Origin: an uncultured Ignavibacteria bacterium
GTDB lineage: Bacteria > Bacteroidota > Ignavibacteria > Kapaibacteriales > Kapaibacteriaceae
NCBI GenBank assembly: GCA_903939735.1
Contig: CAJAIA010000001.1
Location: 39,169 to 103,168 of the forward strand
Direction: 5' to 3'
DNA length: 64,000 bases
The first letter of the stretch is position 1. Each line of letters starts with the position of its first letter. The notes under the pieces were generated by a model. It did no database searches and was not told the origin of the DNA. It saw only the letters and a list, made by a program, of their open reading frames with translations. Position numbers and translations under genes: made by a program. Shown here piece by piece: positions 58,406 to 64,000 of the stretch.

Positions 58406-59560
58406 TTATTCGTTCGTGGTCAACAGTGGTCCAACGTTCAGCGATGCGTAGAGCTCTTCGTACATCGGAACGATCGTGGCAATATCAAAGTTCTCAACGG
58501 CGCGGCGGCGTGCGTTGGTACGAAATGCAGCTAGCTTCTTTGGATTGCTGAGAAGCTCAATGCAATACTTGGCCATACGCTGGACATCCCCGAGTTCAGC
58601 AATGAACCCGGTTTCGTCATGCTTGACAACCTCTGGTATTCCACCAATGTTGGTTGCTACAACAGGAACGGAGCACGACATTGCCTCCAGCGCTGAAAGG
58701 CCAAAGCTCTCTTGTTGTGAAGGCAGCAAGAAGATATCGGCAACTGAGAGGATTTCCGGAAGGGCTGACTGTTTGCCGAGGAATGTGACATGCTCCTCAA
58801 CTCCAAGCTCACGTGTGAGGCGCTCGGCTTCACTTCGGTCTGGTCCGTCGCCAACGAAGATCAGGCGTGCAGGCAGCTTCGTTCGAACTTCGGCAAGAAT
58901 GCGGATGCAATCCTGCACACGTTTCACTGGACGAAAATTCGAAACATGCATTAGAATCCACTCGTCACCGCAGCGAAGTCTGCGTTCAAGAACTTCGTTG
59001 GTGGATCGCACATAGAGCGATGTATCAACAAAGTTTGGAATGGCCTGAATCTCGAGATCACTGCCAAATCCTTGTCGTGTTTTCTCCTGCAAAAAGTTCG
59101 ACACAGCCGTTACGGCATCGCTCTTCTCAAGCGAATACTTCACGAGGGGATGGAACGTAGGCTCCATCCCGACAAGTGTGATATCAGTTCCGTGAAGCGT
59201 TGTAACCAGGGTGAATGGGTTTGATGTAGCCGCGATCTCCTTGGCCAGGTGTGCACTAATTGCATGCGGAATCGCGTAGTGTACGTGTACCACATCCAGC
59301 TGTTCGTATTTTGCGACGTCGAGGATCTTCCCGGCAAGGGCAAGCGTGTAGAGATTGAATTCGAGCAGCGGATACGACGGCGTCTCAACCTCGTGGTAGT
59401 AGATGTTCTCCTGGAATCTATCCAACCGCATCGGCTGAGCATACGTGATGAAATGCACACTATGCCCACGTCGGGCGAGTTCTTGCCCCAGCTCTGTCGC
59501 CAAGACACCACTGCCGCCATAGGTTGGATAGCAGACCATTCCAATTCGCATGAGACCCAC
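58406..59560 (-). CDS. bshA: GT4 glycosyltransferase, BshA-type (N-acetyl-alpha-D-glucosaminyl L-malate synthase)
   Basis: MRIGMVCYPTYGGSGVLATELGQELARRGHSVHFITY N-terminus, and C-terminal EX7E-like region (ESFGLSALEAMSCSVPVVAT). Closely BshA-like throughout. Confidence 0.75.
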   Translation of the reverse strand: MGLMRIGMVCYPTYGGSGVLATELGQELARRGHSVHFITYAQPMRLDRFQENIYYHEVETPSYPLLEFNLYTLALAGKILDVAKYEQLDVVHVHYAIPHAISAHLAKEIAATSNPFTLVTTLHGTDITLVGMEPTFHPLVKYSLEKSDAVTAVSNFLQEKTRQGFGSDLEIQAIPNFVDTSLYVRSTNEVLERRLRCGDEWILMHVSNFRPVKRVQDCIRILAEVRTKLPARLIFVGDGPDRSEAERLTRELGVEEHVTFLGKQSALPEILSVADIFLLPSQQESFGLSALEAMSCSVPVVATNIGGIPEVVKHDETGFIAELGDVQRMAKYCIELLSNPKKLAAFRTNARRRAVENFDIATIVPMYEELYASLNVGPLLTTNE

Positions 59561-59569
59561 TTTCTTGCA

Positions 59570-60184
59570 ATGAACTTCACGTCGTACGATACCATTCGCG
59601 CTACCGTAACAGGCGAAATTACCATCAAACGGTCAACCTTTCTCGCATACCTTCACCCGTGCGTATCGAAGGAACAGGCCCAACAACTGCTAGAAGAGCT
59701 GCGTTCCAAGCACTGGGATGCCGTGCACCACTGTTATGCCTGGCGGATTGGACCGAATGGGATGGATTATCGAATGTCCGACGACGGTGAACCCTCTGGA
59801 ACGGCTGGCAAGCCCCTACTCTTCGCACTCCAGAGAGCGCAGCTTAGCGACGTGCTCCTCGTCGTGGTCCGCTACTATGGTGGTGTAAAGCTTGGTGTCG
59901 GACCACTTGCACGGGCGTATGCGGAAGCTGGTCAAGTTGCCATTGATGCCTGTGAACGCATCATTGTGCGCGATATGTCGCGTGCAACTGTGTTCTGCCT
60001 CTACGACGACGTCTCGACTGTAACGCGAACGCTCGAAGAGTACGAGGCGATATTCACTGCGACCTATGCCGATGCGATAACCTTCGATGTTGAGGTTGCA
60101 TCGGAACACATTGACGTGCTTATTGAAGCAATCACGTCGCGAACGAATGCTCGCGCAGGCTCGTTAAAAATCAGCGCCGAGTGA
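59570..60184 (+). CDS. yigZ: IMPACT/YigZ family protein (UPF0029)
   Basis: TIKRSTFLAYLHP, HHCYAWRIG and DDGEPSGTAGKPLL motifs. Start at MNFTSY, 10 nt beyond the bshA start. Confidence 0.85.
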   Translation: MNFTSYDTIRATVTGEITIKRSTFLAYLHPCVSKEQAQQLLEELRSKHWDAVHHCYAWRIGPNGMDYRMSDDGEPSGTAGKPLLFALQRAQLSDVLLVVVRYYGGVKLGVGPLARAYAEAGQVAIDACERIIVRDMSRATVFCLYDDVSTVTRTLEEYEAIFTATYADAITFDVEVASEHIDVLIEAITSRTNARAGSLKISAE

Positions 60185-63100
60185 GAACAGGTAAACTGGC
60201 GCAGACGTGCCGCCCCATGGCTCTTGACGCCATGCTACATCAAATCGCAATGGTAGGCCTAGTGCGAGCGAGCGAATTCCGAATCCGAAGCTGGTAAGCA
60301 TTGGATTGGGCGCAGGCATTCCGTTGGCCATGAGAGCGATTCCATCGGCGTTCCATGCACCACCTGCATCGAAGAAGACCTGCCCTTGAAGTCCTTGAAA
60401 CAGCGACGGCAATGGTCCTGCCTGCAGGAGGAACAGGAATGGGAAACGGAGTTCGACGTTTGTAACGAGGTACTGTGTGCCGTTACGTTCATTCAATGCC
60501 CATCCGCGAAGGGGCCAACCTGGACGTGTGAATGCGAAGTCCTCGGGATTGACGAACGGCCAGCCATTATCAGAAAAGAAGCGGTTGAACCAATTGTCGA
60601 CACCGCCAACAAAGAACTTCTGCGGATTGCCGCCGACACTCACGCCACCAGATCCTCGCACGGCAATCGTGTAGGGTCCGCCGAGATGGATATAGTGCCG
60701 TCCATCAAATCGTGCTGTGGCAAACGAAAGTCCTGATGATCCCCACTTCGGTGATGCCTCGAGTGTAATGTTTGCTCGTGTCCCCTTTGTCGGTGCCCAG
60801 AATCCGAGCAATGCATCGTCATAGACGTACGAGAGTGTCGGCACCGTGACGAAGCGTGATAGTGACGGATCTTGCGGAACGTCGATGTTCTCACGCGACA
60901 TCATCATGATCTGCGACCCAAGGTCGATACGCGAATACCGCGAGAACGGATACGACGCCCAAAGGAGTCCGCCGTAGTTCCTCAAACGGTAGAGATTAGA
61001 CACGGGCGAACCTTCAGGACGCACATAGGTGAAGCCGGCGTTCTGGAAGACCGCAATGTTGTAGTCAATGATCTCTGGCCGATAGGCATAGGAAACGAGG
61101 AAGCTACTATTGTTGAGATCAAGGAAGAGATTTGCACTGACGTAAATCTCATGATCCCCCATCATGTCGCTAAACAACAACTGAATCTGTCCGTTTGCTC
61201 CGAACCAGTTGCTATACCCAGCATTACCTGTCACGACGTCAGGCGAGAATGATACCTTATAGTCCTTTGGCGTGAAGTCTGCCTCGAGTGCAGGAGTATC
61301 GCCATCCGGCGTGCCCACTGGTGTAGCGACATCTGACGGCGCTACTGAGCGATCACTACCGAGCTGCACATCAAAAGCATCATACGTAACGGTCGTCGAG
61401 TCACCAGTACTCGATAGCCGATCCATTACGCTGGCTAGCGCATTCTTCTCTTCGACTTGCTGCTGTCGGAACAGCGTCATCGGAAGAGTGTCGCGCTCCT
61501 TGAGATCAAGTGGGAATTTGATCAGGAACAGATCATATCCTACACGATTCTGCGATGCGAAGAGCAGCTTCGTGCCGTCATTGGAGAGTGAAATCTGGCT
61601 TACTTCCTGCAGTGAATTCGTCAGCGCTACGCGCTTACCAGATTGCAGATCAAGTTTCCAGACATTGCTGATGCCATTGTAATCGGCAGAATAGAGCAGC
61701 TGTTTCCCATCAGGGGTGAGTTCCAGCGAATACTTACCAACATCGGGATCACGCGTGATACGTTCGATGGTGCCTTTGGCAACGTTGACGCGGTAGACAT
61801 CGCGAGCATCCACATCATACATCGACAAATCGAAATTGAGTGTTGTCTCGTTACCAGTCGTGTACTTCGTTCGATCGGAAACAAAGTACACGTATGTACC
61901 ATCTGGCGACCATGTTGGTAGCATATCTGTAAACACGTCGTACGTCAAACGACGCACACGTTTGCTGGCGAACTCGTAGATATAGATGTCTGTATGCTTG
62001 CCCCCTGAATCTGCGTCAAATGCGAGATACTTGCCGTCGGGCGACCATGCTACGGCACCAATTGTTTGAAATCCATCAACGATGGACTGATAATCCCCCG
62101 TCGCTACATCGACGATATAGATAGCATCTTGTCCGGCCCCCTTTGCGCCAACAGCGAGCTTTTTGCCACTTGGGTTCCAGGAAATACCAGGCGTTAAGAA
62201 GTTCAACTCCTCGAAGTCCGTCGATCGCGCGCTCGCAGCCAACCTTCGAGGTTCCTTCTTCTGAAGATCCATCACCCACAAGCCAAACGTGTTATCTCCG
62301 CGGTCCGACAGAAATGCAACCGATTCACCATCAGGCGAGATTGCTGGCGAGGTATTATAAAAGTTGTCTTGCTTCTGGTGATTTGTCAAGCGTGTGGCAA
62401 AGTCCTCGACGTACTCATAGCGACTGACATCAGGGAAGTAGAACTTCTTCTCGTCCTTTGCCCACTGCTCCGACATCTCTTCGTAGGTCATTCCGAACGT
62501 CGCACGGAAGGTACGGTCGACGTCTCCAATGGACCGGAAGCGGTTGAGCAATTCACCAACCTTGCCCTTACCGTACTTCGTTGCGATGTACGACCAAAAC
62601 GCCTGACCGCCGCGATAGGCGAAATATCCGTTGAGTTGGTTAAGACCACGCAGATACTCACTCACGGCGACGTCCCGCATGAACATGTCGGTCTTTACAT
62701 CCAATCCCTGAGCGCTTGAATACTCAGCATACCCTTCATTCATCCACAGTGGTAGCATGGCAGTGCCACTGTTGTTGATCAGAGACTGCACTGATCCGCC
62801 GTAGAACATGTCGTTGATGACGGCATGGACAAGTTCGTGGTGAACTACATGTCGGAACTTCGCGTAATCGCCCTCGAACGGAATAACGACGCGGTTCTTA
62901 AACAGCTCCGTCACACCACCAATACCTTCCGTCATAAACTGGTCGATCACGTTCGTCTGTTGGAACTGATTATGCGAGCTGTAGATGATCAACACGATAC
63001 GTTTCGTGATCGAGAACGACAGTTCATCTTGGATTTGGCGAAGGGCGTCTTCGGCTTTCAGCGCTGCATAGCGAGCTACATACTCAGCATCACCGTGAAA

Positions 63101-63259
63101 GTACACGTCGAAATTGGCCGACTGTATATAGCGCCATTGGAACTTCTCGTACTGCTTCTTATTCTTTCCGAACGGCAGGTTCCCAGCCAGGAACTGTGCA
63201 GTCGCTGGTTGGATCACGGCGAGAGCCGCGAGCAAGATGATCAGTAGCAGTTTGCGCAT
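60164..63259 (-). CDS. Outer-membrane Omp85-superfamily beta-barrel protein with N-terminal HExxH metallopeptidase-like domain and PD40 beta-propeller repeats
   Basis: 1031 aa. Signal peptide. HHELVHAVIND...WMNEGYAEY (HExxH plus downstream E). At least three PD40 repeats (SPDGESVAFLSDRGDN, WSPDGKYLAFDADSGG, WSPDGTYVYFVSDRT). C-terminus Bac_surface_Ag-like (LVTNVELRFPF...VFFDAGGAW...LGADF). Confidence 0.75.
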   Translation of the reverse strand: MRKLLLIILLAALAVIQPATAQFLAGNLPFGKNKKQYEKFQWRYIQSANFDVYFHGDAEYVARYAALKAEDALRQIQDELSFSITKRIVLIIYSSHNQFQQTNVIDQFMTEGIGGVTELFKNRVVIPFEGDYAKFRHVVHHELVHAVINDMFYGGSVQSLINNSGTAMLPLWMNEGYAEYSSAQGLDVKTDMFMRDVAVSEYLRGLNQLNGYFAYRGGQAFWSYIATKYGKGKVGELLNRFRSIGDVDRTFRATFGMTYEEMSEQWAKDEKKFYFPDVSRYEYVEDFATRLTNHQKQDNFYNTSPAISPDGESVAFLSDRGDNTFGLWVMDLQKKEPRRLAASARSTDFEELNFLTPGISWNPSGKKLAVGAKGAGQDAIYIVDVATGDYQSIVDGFQTIGAVAWSPDGKYLAFDADSGGKHTDIYIYEFASKRVRRLTYDVFTDMLPTWSPDGTYVYFVSDRTKYTTGNETTLNFDLSMYDVDARDVYRVNVAKGTIERITRDPDVGKYSLELTPDGKQLLYSADYNGISNVWKLDLQSGKRVALTNSLQEVSQISLSNDGTKLLFASQNRVGYDLFLIKFPLDLKERDTLPMTLFRQQQVEEKNALASVMDRLSSTGDSTTVTYDAFDVQLGSDRSVAPSDVATPVGTPDGDTPALEADFTPKDYKVSFSPDVVTGNAGYSNWFGANGQIQLLFSDMMGDHEIYVSANLFLDLNNSSFLVSYAYRPEIIDYNIAVFQNAGFTYVRPEGSPVSNLYRLRNYGGLLWASYPFSRYSRIDLGSQIMMMSRENIDVPQDPSLSRFVTVPTLSYVYDDALLGFWAPTKGTRANITLEASPKWGSSGLSFATARFDGRHYIHLGGPYTIAVRGSGGVSVGGNPQKFFVGGVDNWFNRFFSDNGWPFVNPEDFAFTRPGWPLRGWALNERNGTQYLVTNVELRFPFLFLLQAGPLPSLFQGLQGQVFFDAGGAWNADGIALMANGMPAPNPMLTSFGFGIRSLALGLPLRFDVAWRQEPWGGTSAPVYLFSLGADF

Positions 63260-63289
63260 GTGTTGATGATGACCGTTGTCATCGAAAAG

Positions 63290-64000
63290 TTACGAGACCG
63301 ACGATTTACGCGACTGACCCCGTAGAGCCAGATACTCAAGACCCGCCTCGGCAGCTGCCTGCTCAGCGTCCTTCTTGTTGCGTCCCGATCCTGCGCCGAT
63401 AACCTTGTCGTCGACGATAACTTCCACTGTAAAGTGTTTCTCATGGTCGGGGCCTTCTTCTCGGACCACCGCGTAGCGGGGTGCCGGCTGCCCCTTGGCT
63501 TGGACTGCTTCCAGCAGCAAGCTCTTGTAGTTCGTGTCGTGAACGAGGGACTCACCAACCATAATCGGTAGGAGTTTCTCGACGATAAACCGACGAACAT
63601 CCTCGAATCCACGATCGAGGTAGATAGCTGCAATGATTGCCTCAAGTGCATCAGCGAGCATGGAGTCGTTGCCGCGCTGAAGCGATTGCGACGCTGAATA
63701 GCTTAAAAACAAGTAGTCATCGAGCTTCAATGCTCTGGCGCAAATCGCCAGCGACTTCTTGTTGACGATCCAGGACCGCATCTTCGTGAGCTCGCCCTCG
63801 AGTACTTCACGGTTGTTGTAGAACAAGTACTCGGCTGTTACCATGCCAAGGATTGCATCACCCAGGAACTCAAGTCGTTCATTTGATCGATGATCAGGAC
63901 TGTTGACGACCTGCAGGTACGAGCGATGGGTTAGGGCCTGCTCATACAACGAGGGCATTTGAATGCCGACACCAAGGAGCTGCTCGAGCTCCGCAACGCG
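63290..64000 (-). CDS. rnc: Ribonuclease III, 5'-partial (start lies beyond window end)
   Basis: ERLEFLGDAILG RNase III signature. dsRBD at the C-terminus (GPDHEKHFTVEV...GSGRNKKDAEQAAA). The frame stays open through position 64000. Confidence 0.9.
   Translation of the reverse strand, partial: RVAELEQLLGVGIQMPSLYEQALTHRSYLQVVNSPDHRSNERLEFLGDAILGMVTAEYLFYNNREVLEGELTKMRSWIVNKKSLAICARALKLDDYLFLSYSASQSLQRGNDSMLADALEAIIAAIYLDRGFEDVRRFIVEKLLPIMVGESLVHDTNYKSLLLEAVQAKGQPAPRYAVVREEGPDHEKHFTVEVIVDDKVIGAGSGRNKKDAEQAAAEAGLEYLALRGQSRKSSVS

Overview
The window is a high-GC (about 57%) chromosomal segment packed with housekeeping genes. It is probably from an FCB-group bacterium (Bacteroidota/Rhodothermota/Chlorobiota-like), judging from a T9SS C-terminal sorting domain on a secreted protein, BshA for bacillithiol, and a tmRNA tag resembling Chlorobi-type tags. 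All calls rest on sequence reading only; no searches were run.

Recognisable genes, roughly in order: uvrA; rpmB with a terminator; methylmalonyl-CoA mutase; an actinobacterial-style fused E2/E1 2-oxoglutarate dehydrogenase (Kgd-like); pgeF; comEC; recA followed by recX; tRNA-Gly(CCC) and ssrA (tmRNA); ispH; cmk; phnC and phnE; dnaE; nupC; an ECF sigma/anti-sigma pair; a MATE exporter; an acyl-CoA carboxyltransferase; secG; a five-gene Opp/Dpp-like ABC operon; bshA; yigZ; and rnc, which runs off the window end.

I see no mobile element, no CRISPR array and no clear defence island. The features worth a second look are:
(1) a single ORF in which a canonical RecX runs without a stop into a signal-peptide/PD40/OmpA protein;
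(2) a 1031-aa Omp85-type outer-membrane barrel whose N-terminal region is an HExxH metallopeptidase-like domain plus PD40 beta-propeller repeats rather than POTRA domains;
(3) a compact cassette of a HicB-like (DUF1902) antitoxin-fold protein, a polytopic membrane protein and a CPBP intramembrane protease, set between two TPR lipoprotein genes;
(4) ssrA and tRNA-Gly in tandem, 7 nt apart;
(5) dispersed parts of a possible succinate-to-propionate pathway (MCM, carboxyltransferase, a biotin carrier with an N-terminal extension).
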